Shown here one piece after another: positions 11,821-22,271 of a DNA stretch of 64,000 bases. Both the position numbers and the translations under genes were made by a program. Source of the DNA: Octopus sinensis (taxonomy: Eukaryota); the NCBI RefSeq assembly GCF_006345805.1, contig NC_043010.1, forward strand, positions 36,394,001 through 36,458,000. Direction: 5' to 3'. Position 1 is the stretch's first letter. Each line of letters starts with the position of its first letter. The notes below the pieces were generated by a model. That model saw only the letters and a list, made by a program, of their open reading frames with translations, searched no databases and was not told where the DNA came from.

Positions 11821-12189
11821 CGCCTATATGTTTAATAGAGCTATACCGATAAATTAAGTACCAGTTACGCACTGGGATCGATGTAATCGCCTTAATCCCT
11901 TTGTCTATCCTTGTTTGTCCTCTCTGTGTTTAGCCTCTTGTGGGTAGTAAAGAAAAATATACGTTTATGAGTATATATCTACTAATAAACATATATGGAT
12001 GTCTGTAGATACGTAAAAGTATAGCATAAACAAGAAATAACCAACTCAGTCAAAAACAGCAAAATGCCTCGTAATATGTTTTTAGTTTTGAATTAGAAGC
12101 GAAACCAAGTTGTTGTCTCTGCTGGTTGTAAGAAAAAATTTGCCCTCCTGCATTTGCAACAGGGGTTAGAAACTACTGAAATATACATC

Positions 12190-12440
12190 ATCAAATAACC
12201 ACACGTCTCTGGAGTTAGCTAGTCCTTAGGCTTTAAGTTAACATTGGAGACAAGACTTAGATTGAGACCCAGAAGAAGAAAGGAACGCAAAATGTTCAAG
12301 GATCATCGGACAGAGATTGATTGAAGACGAATTAAAGAGGAGCAAAGTTTGACTTGGTCAAAGGAAAGCACAGGACAGAGCGCATTGCAAGACTGTTGTG
12401 GAAAGCGGATGTTAACCCAGGAATACAAACAGGCTATAAT
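12190..12440 (+). mobile_element. RTE LINE 3'-end remnant
   Basis: Plus strand gives RPRRRKERK and AQDRAHCKTVVES, resembling the RTE C-terminal GRPR..W...AQDR..WR..V signature. Confidence 0.5.
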
Positions 12441-12506
12441 GATGGTAAAGAATTGAAATGGTTTTCTTCCTTTGTATTAAAAAAGAAATTTCGGGCTTAT
12501 TAGTAA

Positions 12507-12985
12507 TAATCCTTTCTACTATAGGCACAAACCTGCAATTTTGAAAGGAGAGGTAAGTCGATTACATTGACCCCAGTTGCGCAACTAGTACTTATTTCAT
12601 CGACACTGAGAGGATGAAAGGCAAAGTCGACCTCGGTGGAATTTGAACTCTGAAGCCGGGAGAAACGCTGCGAAGCATTTTGTCCGGAGTGCCAATGATT
12701 CTGCAGTAATATAAACTGAACGACTTCGTTCCAAATGATATTAATAAATGATGTGAGATGGGACTATACGATAAGTTAAGCGGCAAGCTGGCCGAATGGT
12801 TAGCAGGCCGGGTAAAGTGATCAATGGTAGTTCTTCCGCTTTTACGTTGCTGAGTTCAAATTCTGCATAGGTCGTCTGTGCCTTTTATCTTTTCGGGGTT
12901 CATAAAATAAATACTACTTGAACATCGCAATCGATTTGCTCTCTACGCCCAAATTTCAGGCTTTGTCCTTGAAGTAGAAAGGTTT
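12507..12985. mobile_element. Two SINE family B copies, head-to-head (12507-12706 minus, 12775-12985 plus)
   Basis: ggatgaaaggcaaagtcgacctcggtggaatttgaactc on the left and gagttcaaattctgcataggtcg on the right. Confidence 0.75.
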
Positions 12986-13156
12986 ATTAATATATTAGTA
13001 GGACTTGAACGAGATTAAAATGTTAAAAATTCTATCGTGTTTCACTGCTTTTAAAATACAAATATAAGAATATTTAGGGCTTCTATATTTGATGTTGTTG
13101 ACTCCCTAACGTAAACCATTAACAAGAGAACTTATAATTAGAACATAACCATAGAG

Positions 13157-13324
13157 CAGTACTCCGCAACCTCTTTTCATATATTCTTTTCAGAATTTGG
13201 CGGCACACCTGGGCTAAAAATATAACTAAAAGTACAGGGGAAAATTATATTCAGATTACACAGCGGCACACCTAGCATCTCGTGGTACACCAATATGTCA
13301 CGGCATACCGGTTGCAGAGCATTG
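13157..13324. mobile_element. hAT (Charlie-like) MITE
   Basis: TIRs CAGTACTCCGCAACC / GGTTGCAGAGCATTG and a perfect 8 bp TSD CCATAGAG (13149-13156, 13325-13332). Second copy at 53910. Confidence 0.9.
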
Positions 13325-13516
13325 CCATAGAGGGAAGTAAAACAGGGAATTAATTCAACAGAGCATTTCTAAAATCAGGGGAGGCAACACCGTCTTAGAT
13401 TAAATTCAAAATTCAAAACAACGCTTTCCATTAATTTTTTATATTTCAGAATATTGCACTTTCTATTTACAAATGAGTAAGTAATTTTTCTGATACGTTT
13501 GAAGTATAATTTCAAG

Positions 13517-13883
13517 TTATTACCTTCTCTTTAGCGAAGGCGGAGGTATTGTTTTTCAGTCACGTTTGTTTGTTTGTCCGTGGACAAGATATCTCAAGAA
13601 CCGCTGGATGGATTCGGATGAAACTTTCAGGGATGTTTGTCCTCATGACTGATTAGATTTTGAGATCGATCCGATACCGGACAAAGATTCTAGATTATTT
13701 TTCCTGTTTTTTTTTTAATATTTAATTTTTGAGAGCTGTCACGTTCATTTTTAGTACCCTCGTTTGTGAGAGCAGTCGAGTTTATTTCAAATAACCCCAT
13801 TTTAAAAATCATCTCCTGCTAATCGTTGAAAGGACGTTGATGTTGCCTTGGCGGAGGTTTGCACTCTCTGGGTGCTCTTGGTT
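13517..13883 (+). mobile_element. Helentron-associated (HINE/DINE-like) non-autonomous element
   Basis: 5' ttattaccttctc..gcgaaggcggaggta, (GTTT)n, ggattcggatgaaacttt, 3' gccttggcggagg plus gcactctctgggtgc hairpin, inserted at TT. Confidence 0.65.
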
Positions 13884-14109
13884 ACTAATGTAATTAGTTA
13901 GATGGCGAGCGAACAAAAATGCATAGCGGCACTTCTGGCTTTTCGTTCTGTGTTCTAATCCCGCCGAGATCAGACTTGCCTTTCATTCTTTCGGGGACAA
14001 TAAAATAAGCACCAGCTGAGCACTGGGACCGATGTAATCGACTCATTCCACTATCCTCAAAATTTCAGGCCTTGTGCCTATAGGAGAAAGTTTTACATAT
14101 CTACGTATC

Positions 14110-15202
14110 TTTTTTTCTATCAGTTGTTTCAGTAATTTGAAGTGCGGCCATGCTGGAGCACCGCCCTAAAGGGGTTTTAGTCGGAGAAACCGCCTTTAGT
14201 CGAGCAAATTGACCCCAAGACTTATTCTTTGTAAGCCAATTACTTATTCTATCGATCTGTTTCGCCGAACCGCTAAGTTACAGGTACATAAGCACACCAG
14301 CACCGGTTGTCAAGCGATGGCGGCGAAAGATACACACACACACACACACAACATACATACATACATACATACATAGACACACACATATGTAGGGCTTCTT
14401 TCCGTTTTCGTCTACCAAATCCACTTACAAGACTTTGGTTGGACCAAGGCTATAGTAGAAGACACTTGCCCAAGGTGCTACGCAGTGGGATTGAATCCGG
14501 AACCATGTGGCTGGAAAGCAAGCTACTTACCACACAGCCACGCCTGCACCTACACATCTTTTTTTTATACTTGTAATTGGAATGCGGTCATTGTAGAGCT
14601 CTGTCTTGAAGAATCTTGATGGAATAAATCGATCCAAGTATTTATTTTTTAAAGCCTACTACTTATTGTATTGGTCCATTTTGCTGAACCACTAGGTTAC
14701 GGAGACACAAACACATCAACATTGGTTGTCAGGTAGTAGTGACACGCGCGCGCGCACACATATATACACACACACACCACACACACACACCACACACACA
14801 CATACATACATACATACATAGACACACACATATGTAGGGCTTCTTTCCGTTTTCGTCTACCAAATCCACTTACAAGACTTTGGTTGGACCAAGGCTATAG
14901 TAGAAGACACTTGCCCAAGGTGCTACGCAGTGGGATTGAATCCGGAACCATGTGGCTGGAAAGCAAGCTACTTACCACACAGCCACGCCTGCACCTACAC
15001 ATCTTTTTTTTATACTTGTAATTGGAATGCGGTCATTGTAGAGCTCTGTCTTGAAGAATCTTGATGGAATAAATCGATCCAAGTATTTATTTTTTAAAGC
15101 CTACTACTTATTGTATTGGTCCATTTTGCTGAACCACTAGGTTACGGAGACACAAACACATCAACATTGGTTGTCAGGTAGTAGTGACACGCGCGCGCGC
15201 AC

Positions 15203-15234
<32 letters not shown>

Positions 15235-15385
15235 GTACACGACGAGGTTCTTTTAGTTTCCGTCTACCAAAGCCACTCACAAAGATTTGGTAGGCCCGAG
15301 ACAAAATTAGAAGACACTTGCCGAAGGTGCCACGCAATGGGACTGAACCCAAGACAACATGGTTGGGAAGGAAGCTTCTTATCAC
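14110..15385 (-). mobile_element. SINE family A cluster containing an apparently exact 445 bp tandem duplication
   Basis: Block ~14350-14775 repeats at ~14795-15215 (anchors agggc 14391/14836, gacacgcgcg 14741/15186). Confidence 0.85.
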
Positions 15386-15444
15386 ACTGCCATTTAAGAA
15401 TGCTTTACAGCTTGACTTTACATCAAAATCATATATTCATATAT

Positions 15445-16075
15445 TCTTTTCTACTCTAAGTACAAGACCCGAAACTTTTGGGGAGGGGCCAGTCGATTAG
15501 ATCGACCCCAGTACGCAACTGGTACTTAATTTATCGACCCGAAGGCATGAAAGGCAAAGTCGACCTCAGCGGCATTTGAACTCAGTACTTAATGACAGAC
15601 GAAATACTACTAAACATTTTGCCCGGCGTGCCAACGTTCCTGCCAGCTCGCCGCTTTAATCAAAGTCATGTATTATATAATTATTTGGCTTGTGTGTGTG
15701 TGTGTGTGTGTGTGCGTGCGTGCGCTTGTTTGTTGAGCGAAGCGGTCTTCGTCCCAATGTAGTGGGAGAAGTCCGAAACGTAGTCCTTTGCTATTCGTAA
15801 GACCCGCAGAAGAGAAAGCAGGTCAACCCACGACACCGAGAGCATCCAGGCTCAGCGGTTGCGTAGGAAGTCGGGGACAAGAAACAGGAAGAAAGAGTGA
15901 GAGAAAGTTGGAGCGAAAGAGTACAACAAGGGTCGCCACCAGTCCCTGCCAGAGCCTCGTGGAGCTTTAGGTGTTTTCGCTCAATAAACACACACACAAC
16001 GCCCGGTCTGGGAATCGAAAACGCGATCCTCCGACCGCGAGTCCGCTGCCCTAACCACTGGGCCATTATGCCTCC
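15445..16075 (-). mobile_element. SINE family B (15445-15655) and family C (15775-16075)
   Basis: Family consensus motifs present on the minus strand. Confidence 0.8.
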
Positions 16076-16454
16076 ACTTACTTCAGCAGTTTTTCTAGGT
16101 GGCCCTTGTGACATTAATACTAATTACTCCTTATAAACCAACTGAAAAAAAAATATTTGAGAAAGTATTTTTTCAAATATGTAACACAGAGACAATCGGG
16201 ATTTTAAAATGTGTAAAATCATCATGCGCTTCGTTTGTTTTGAACATAAAAATATTTAACAATCACTAGATTTAAAAGGTTCCTTAGCATTATGTAATAT
16301 AAATAATAATTAGTGAACAAGACAAGGGAATTAACTCAGTACTACAGTTGTTAGTAATCATTGTCAAGGGAGGTAACTCCATATACTTTATTCATAAAAG
16401 GAAAATATTTCATGTTTATTGCCTATAATTTAATTCTTTAATTCTACGGGTTAA

Positions 16455-16850
16455 ACATAGAGGGGACAAACAAGGACAGACAAAGGGATTAAGTCGATTA
16501 CATCGACCCCAGTGCGTAACTGGTACTTATTTAATCGACCTTGAAGGGATGAAAGGCAAAGTCTCAGAATTTAATGGCAAACAAAATATCGCTAAACATT
16601 TCACCGTTTCTTATTTCTTTATTGCCCACAAGGGGCTAAACATAGAGGGGACAAACAAGGACAGACAAATGGATTAAGTCGATTACATCGACCCCAGTGC
16701 GTAACTAGTACTTAATTTATCGACCCCAAAAGGATGAAAGGCACAGTCGACCTCGGCGGAATTTGAACTCAGAACGTAGCCGCAGACGAAATACGGCTAC
16801 GCATTTCGCCCGGTGTGCTAACGTTTCTGCCAGCTTGCCACCTGCAACTG
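16455..16850 (-). mobile_element. Head-to-tail dimer of SINE family B
   Basis: agaggggacaaacaaggacagacaaa...gtcgattacatcgaccccagtgcgtaact occurs twice in tandem. Confidence 0.85.
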
Positions 16851-17049
16851 GGATCTACGTTTTTGTATCCGTTTCTCAAACAACAGGGTTTCATTGCAGG
16901 GCAATTTAGGTGTTACTTCTAGCAGGTAGAACGAGCACGTAGAGGGTTCTTTGCTGATACGGCGTGCATGTTTCTGTTGGTTGATGTCTGTGCTCACAAA
17001 GCAGACTCAGGGTATATGCTACCGCAGTGCATGAACAAGTTCTTCGCTG

Positions 17050-17510
17050 TTATCGTTTAGGCTTCACTCCCAGCACAAAAGAAAACCGAACAACTTATCA
17101 ACCTCTGTCAATGAGTTTGTAATCTCGGCAATCACTTACGTTGATCAGACTTCATTAACCGCCGACAAGTTTACAGACCCTGACAACACTGTTTCAAAAG
17201 TAGTCTACATTGACGATGAAATCAACAACAGAACTTCCAAAACTAGAATTGACCTTAGTAGATTTCATAAGCCGCAAAGGTAGTCTCAAGGCTACCCGAC
17301 AAAACTTCAGCATAAACACAGAGATATGGGAGAGCCTTAAGGCTGAGGGATCTACCTGGGGCATTCACATATCGAAAGATACTGTAGCGTCTGAACTGGC
17401 GAGCAGTAGATGGGCTGAGCTAAAAAGTGGTGCTGAGAAAGTCCTGAACCAGCGACTTATTGGCAAGTTTCTCAGTCACTCCAGGATATATTCACGAAGA
17501 GTGTCATCGA
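17050..17510 (+). mobile_element. RTE (BovB-like) LINE 3' fragment
   Basis: TLFQK/VYIDDEINNRTSKT (cf. IDDEVNNRIAKA), RKGSLKATRQNFSINTEIWESL...STW (cf. YKDTLKASLK.F.I....WE.LA.DR..W), RLIGKFLSHSRIY. Confidence 0.7.
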
Positions 17511-17849
17511 AGAAACAGGGGAGATTATTCAGGAGGTTATGTATTGCATACGTTTCCTTTCTCAGACTTTGGCCTCACATCATTATATCTGTTTTGCTTT
17601 ACACTTGGGATAAACGAATTTCCCTTTAGCAGTTGTAGCAGAAGAATGCCGATTATACCAGGACGTCTGCCACTAGTTATTTATGGCTTAGTATACATAA
17701 TGGCCATAAACTATATCCCAATTCCTAAACGTTGAAATCAAAGTTTTTTTTTAAATCTAAGACAGAATTTGTGCTAGTTGGTCTGAGATCTATTAATAAC
17801 AAACATTCTACCGGCAAGTAGAAAATATATATATATCGTATATTTTCTA

Positions 17850-18200
17850 CACATCTATACAGAGTTCAACGAAGAAAGCTCTACAGACCATGTTTTTGGT
17901 ATTCAGGTGTAAGAGTCCTTGGTTACATTTTCATTGTAAGTTCCATCAAAGAATATATTTTCGTCCATCCTTAAGTGTCTGTAACACTTTACGTCGGCCT
18001 CGGAGAAATAGACAAGTTATTAGTAGAGACGATAGACTAGGTTGTAATTCTTACCTTATTTTACGATCAAATAAGAACATTTATCTTAGCTAAAGTTCAT
18101 ACCTCTCTCCTTTAACCTCTCTGACCAAGTCAAGGTTCTTTAAACCATTAAATTTTTTGTCTGATATTTTTAGGTCGTCCACAAACAAATGATGATACTC
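17850..18200 (-). mobile_element. R4/Dong-like LINE RT remnant
   Basis: Minus strand: DDLK...LDLV, GMNFS*DKCSYLIVK*GK (cf. GMKFGEDKCAYL), YRHLRMDENIFFDG..NENVTKDSY...KTWSVELSSLN (cf. YLG.DENI...KIW.SELS..NK). Confidence 0.55.
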
Positions 18201-18238
18201 TCTTCTTGTGCGCCAATCACGTACCCTTATGGTTCAGT

Positions 18239-18290
<52 letters not shown>

Positions 18291-18634
18291 GGAGGGAGGG
18301 AGAGAGAGAGATAAAGAGGGGAGAAAGAGAGTAAGAGGAAGAGAGAAATCAGTTTGAAATATACCCCTGTAGGTTTCCGATAATGTATTCTTAAATACAA
18401 GCCCTCATACTTCATTTCTGGCTCACAGTACAGTGAAAATCGAGCAAGCGTTGTTGATTATTGTATGAAACGGGGAAGTAAGTCTCAGTTATTCCCGAAA
18501 GGCTGGTATTTCGTGTATGACCTTAAAACATTTAGACACTTGCTATTAAACACACAGACACGTATATCGATAGAGAAAGAAAGGCAAGAGATGTTATACG
18601 AAATAGAAAACACACACATACACACACACACACA

Positions 18635-18668
<34 letters not shown>

Positions 18669-18785
18669 ATGCACACGCACACAAACACACCACACACACA
18701 CATGCACACGCACACAAACACACACATTCACACGCATATACATGCGCTTGGTTCATATGTTATAACCACTAAGCCATATGCCCAC

Positions 18786-19050
18786 GGGCATATGGCGTAG
18801 TGGTTTACAGTGCGGGCTACTAACCCCAAGATTCCGAGTTCAATTCCAAGCAGTGACCCGAACAACAACAATAATAATGATATCGAAAAATACCTTAGGA
18901 GTGAGAATCCAGGTTCGAAATTTCTCCAAGACACCTGATGAAGGCTGGAGGTTATATCAGCCGAAACGTTGTGTTAACAACAAACAAGATGAGGACAAAT
19001 ATCCGTCGAATGTAAATAATGTGAATAATTCCTCATCTCTTAAATATAGA
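18786..19050 (+). mobile_element. tRNA-headed SINE-like element with internal hammerhead ribozyme
   Basis: A box TGGCGTAGTGG (18793-18803), anticodon-like arm GGG-CTACTAA-CCC, B box GAGTTCAATTC (18836-18846), second B-box-like GGTTCGAAAT (~18912), hammerhead 18931-18974, 3' hairpin agatgagga/tcctcatct. Confidence 0.8.
18931..18974 (+). ncRNA. Minimal type I hammerhead ribozyme
   Basis: Stem I ACAC/GTGT, core CTGATGA (18935-41) plus extra A, stem II GGCTG/CAGCC, GAAA (18963-66), palindromic stem III ACGT, GUU cleavage triplet ending at 18970. Confidence 0.8.
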
Positions 19051-19335
19051 ACCAAAATATATTCTGCTTCATGTGTAGGTTCCTCAAGAACTACTAGCGT
19101 TTTGTGACGAGTCTAGTTATACAGAGAATCTAAGTAGAAAGACGGATGAACAGAGATAGAAAGGAGATGGGGAAGGTCAAAGCCATCCTGGTGGATGGCG
19201 ATGTTAGGAGAGGCGGGTAGTGTGGATGATTGAACAACACCAAGACAAGATATTTTCTTAGATTCACGGATATGGATTGAAGCGCTGACTCTCAAACTTT
19301 GAGTGCTTTGTTCTACGTGACTTGACCATATTCTT

Positions 19336-19665
19336 TTACGAACTGGTTACTCCCATGTATGTATGTGTGTATGTATGTATGTATGTATGTATGTATGTAT
19401 GTATGTATGTATGTATGTATGTATGCATGCATGCATGCATGTATGTGTGTGTGTGTATGTATGCATGCATGTATGTATGTATGTATGTATGTATGTATGC
19501 ATGCATGCATGTATGTATGTATGTATGCATGTATGTATGTATGCATGCATGCATGTATGTATGTGTGTATGTATGTATGTATGTATGTATGTATGTACGT
19601 ATGTATGCATGTATGTATGCATGTATGCATGTATGTATGTATGTATGTATGTATGTATGTATGAT
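19336..19665. repeat. (TGTA)n/(TGCA)n microsatellite
   Basis: Direct reading. It accounts for the MYVC/HTYI pseudo-ORFs. Confidence 0.95.
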
Positions 19666-19740
19666 TTAGTACTCGGAGTTTAAAAGGGCCTGTCGCTAAG
19701 GAACAGTTGGAACTGAAAACTACAGTGAACATTAGATATG

Positions 19741-20350
19741 TATTGGGTCATCCCATAAATAATGCGTTTTTTCAATTGCTTGGAGGGGGAGGGGATAAAC
19801 TACCTGCATCAACTTGCTATAAAAGCAGGTAGTAATTTTACCTTAACCTTATTCTTAGTGCAAGTTTTGAAGAGTGCGGTTTAATTTTAACAGTTATTTT
19901 TTCAAAGCTATAATGGAAGTGACAAAGGAGCATATTCAGCATATTTTGCTTTATGAGTTCAATAAAGGCAACAACACAATGGAAAATGCAAGGAATATTA
20001 ATGCAGTATATGGGGATTAGACAATAAGCATAAGCCAATGTCAACAGTGGTTCCAGAAATTTCGAGCCAGAAACTACAGCCTAGAAGACGAGTCTCGTCC
20101 TGGAAGATCTGTAGAGATCGATGACGACATCCTGCAAATCCTGGTGGAACAAAATCCTATCGTAACTGTTGAGGAACTTGTAGAGAAGCTTGGATTCAAG
20201 TCAGCGCTAAAAGACAAACGACCATCTTTGCTTTCAAGACGGAAGGTGTTCTTCCATCCAAATAATGCTCGGCCTCATACAGCGAGGATGGCATTTCAAA
20301 GGCTGCTGTAGTTTGAATGGGAAACGATGCCTCACCCACCGTATTCGCCG
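19741..20350 (+). mobile_element. mariner transposon remnant (left TIR plus internally deleted transposase pseudogene)
   Basis: TA + TTGGGTCATCCCATAAATAATGCG TIR. From ATG 19913: MEVTKEHIQHILLYEFNKG...QWFQKF...LEDESRPGR (HTH region). After a deletion: FHPNNARPHTA...WETMPHPPYSP. Confidence 0.9.
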
Positions 20351-21249
20351 GTGCGTTGTAGCGTGTGTGCTTCAAGTAAATGCCCATTCAGAACGCACGC
20401 TCATTAAGAACCAGAAACAAAGAAATTCATACCTCTCTGTCCTGTTTTATCTGGAAGTTTCAATACAAGGAAAATGAAATATCTAAGGCTCTCTCTTATG
20501 CTCTCAGCGCGTACAACTGCCGCTTTTTGTCTCTTAGAGCAGATGCACATACATAATCCTTGAAAAGAAGACTAGACTGTCATAGCACTGTCTTCAGCAG
20601 AGCTCTCTTGCTAATTTTTGACCATTATTTGATAATGATATTTCATAAATTTTTATGAACCTTTATTGAAATTTTACTGGATTTTCTGAAAGCGAAGAAA
20701 ACCATTTTTATCTGTTGAGATAGTGTTTTACGTATTCACCGATCGTTCAGTAATATCGAGATCATTCAGTAATACCATTAAAGTGCTACAGCAAATACTT
20801 ACTCCAAACACACTTTATACACAGCCAACCAGTCTTCTTTAGGACTCGGGGTTGCCTCGCCGTTTATCGTAGCAGTATCAAAACCTATTTCATAGTTCAT
20901 CCTTTCTTAACATTAGCTCTAATCCTAACATTAATATTAGCTTCATGTAAGGGCTACATGTTACTCACACGCTCATAAATGTTTCATAGTAGATAAAGGT
21001 CATGCGTACACACAGACATACATACACACATTTGCTCATTGTAAAGGTCATAGAAATAGTTGCGCATAGAAGCATACTCCTCCACACGGTTGGATGGATA
21101 CACATTTTTCGAGTCTGTGTAAAGGCCACAAGAGCAAGACAATACAGATGTACACGTGGGCAGGGAGACATTCAGAGACGCAGACCGGCGTTCATATTTT
21201 CTCAACAAAAGGACACAAAGCACTCATGCATATACACATAACACACACA

Positions 21250-21291
<42 letters not shown>

Positions 21292-21696
21292 ACACACACA
21301 CACAAACACACACACCAACACACACACATACGCATACACATATGCATACATTCACATACATACATACACACATACATACATACAAACATACATACATATA
21401 TATTCTGTAATTCTGTTGTTTCAATCCACTAAGGCTGTGGCCATGCTGGGGCACACGCCAGTGATAAATATATATATTTAAATATGTATATATATATGTA
21501 CATATATATGTATATATATATGTATGTGTATATATATATAGATATATATATATATATAATATATATATATATATAATATATATATATATATATAATATAT
21601 ATAGGGAGAGAGAGATTCTGATGAATATGGTACTTAAGTTGAAGGCACCAGAATTTAAATGGTATTATTCATATAATTTAAAATAAGGTGATTATA

Positions 21697-22043
21697 ATCA
21701 AAATAAGCAACAAGGATATCCAGAGGTAATGCAGTACGATCGTTTCAAGCGACTCCATGTAATTGAACAATGAAAACATTACATCAATTTAGAATGTAGA
21801 GTTGTTATAACTGTGATATTGTTGGTAAAATATGTTCTTTGTCTATCTCCTTATCCTCTTGGTGATTTTGGATAAAAAAATTATGCAAATGAGTCGTTCG
21901 AATTTAACTAAATTCTATATTTTTATGCAGCTGAAGATTGCTTTACATTTTAAATTGATGTAATGTTTGCATTGTTCAATTAAATGGAGTCGCATGAAAC
22001 GATCGTACTGCATTACCTCTGGATATCCTTGTTGCTTATTTTG

Positions 22044-22045
<2 letters not shown>
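21697..22045. repeat. Inverted repeat, ~105 bp arms, ~140 bp spacer
   Basis: atcaaaataagcaacaaggatatccagaggtaatgcagtacgatcg... (21697-21799) mirrored at 21942-22045. Confidence 0.9.
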
Positions 22046-22094
<49 letters not shown>

Positions 22095-22271
22095 GATATA
22101 ATATAATATAATATAATATAATGCACAGACACATACTTGAAACTACCAGTACCTTCCACTGACCATTCAACTACGAACATGTGTAGTTAAAGACACAACA
22201 GGAGCCACTCCTACCATAAATTCCTCCTATGACCTTAAACTAAGCCCAACCACACATAGATGGTTAATATA

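Noticed and set aside
18786-18858. Genuine tRNA gene (Ser, ACT anticodon)
   Set aside because: Acceptor and anticodon stems pair poorly and there is no T-run terminator after the head. It continues into a SINE body.
19113-19295. Possible Penelope GIY-YIG C-terminus (SIHIRES...HQDGFDLPHL)
   Set aside because: Similarity is too short and weak to call without a profile search.
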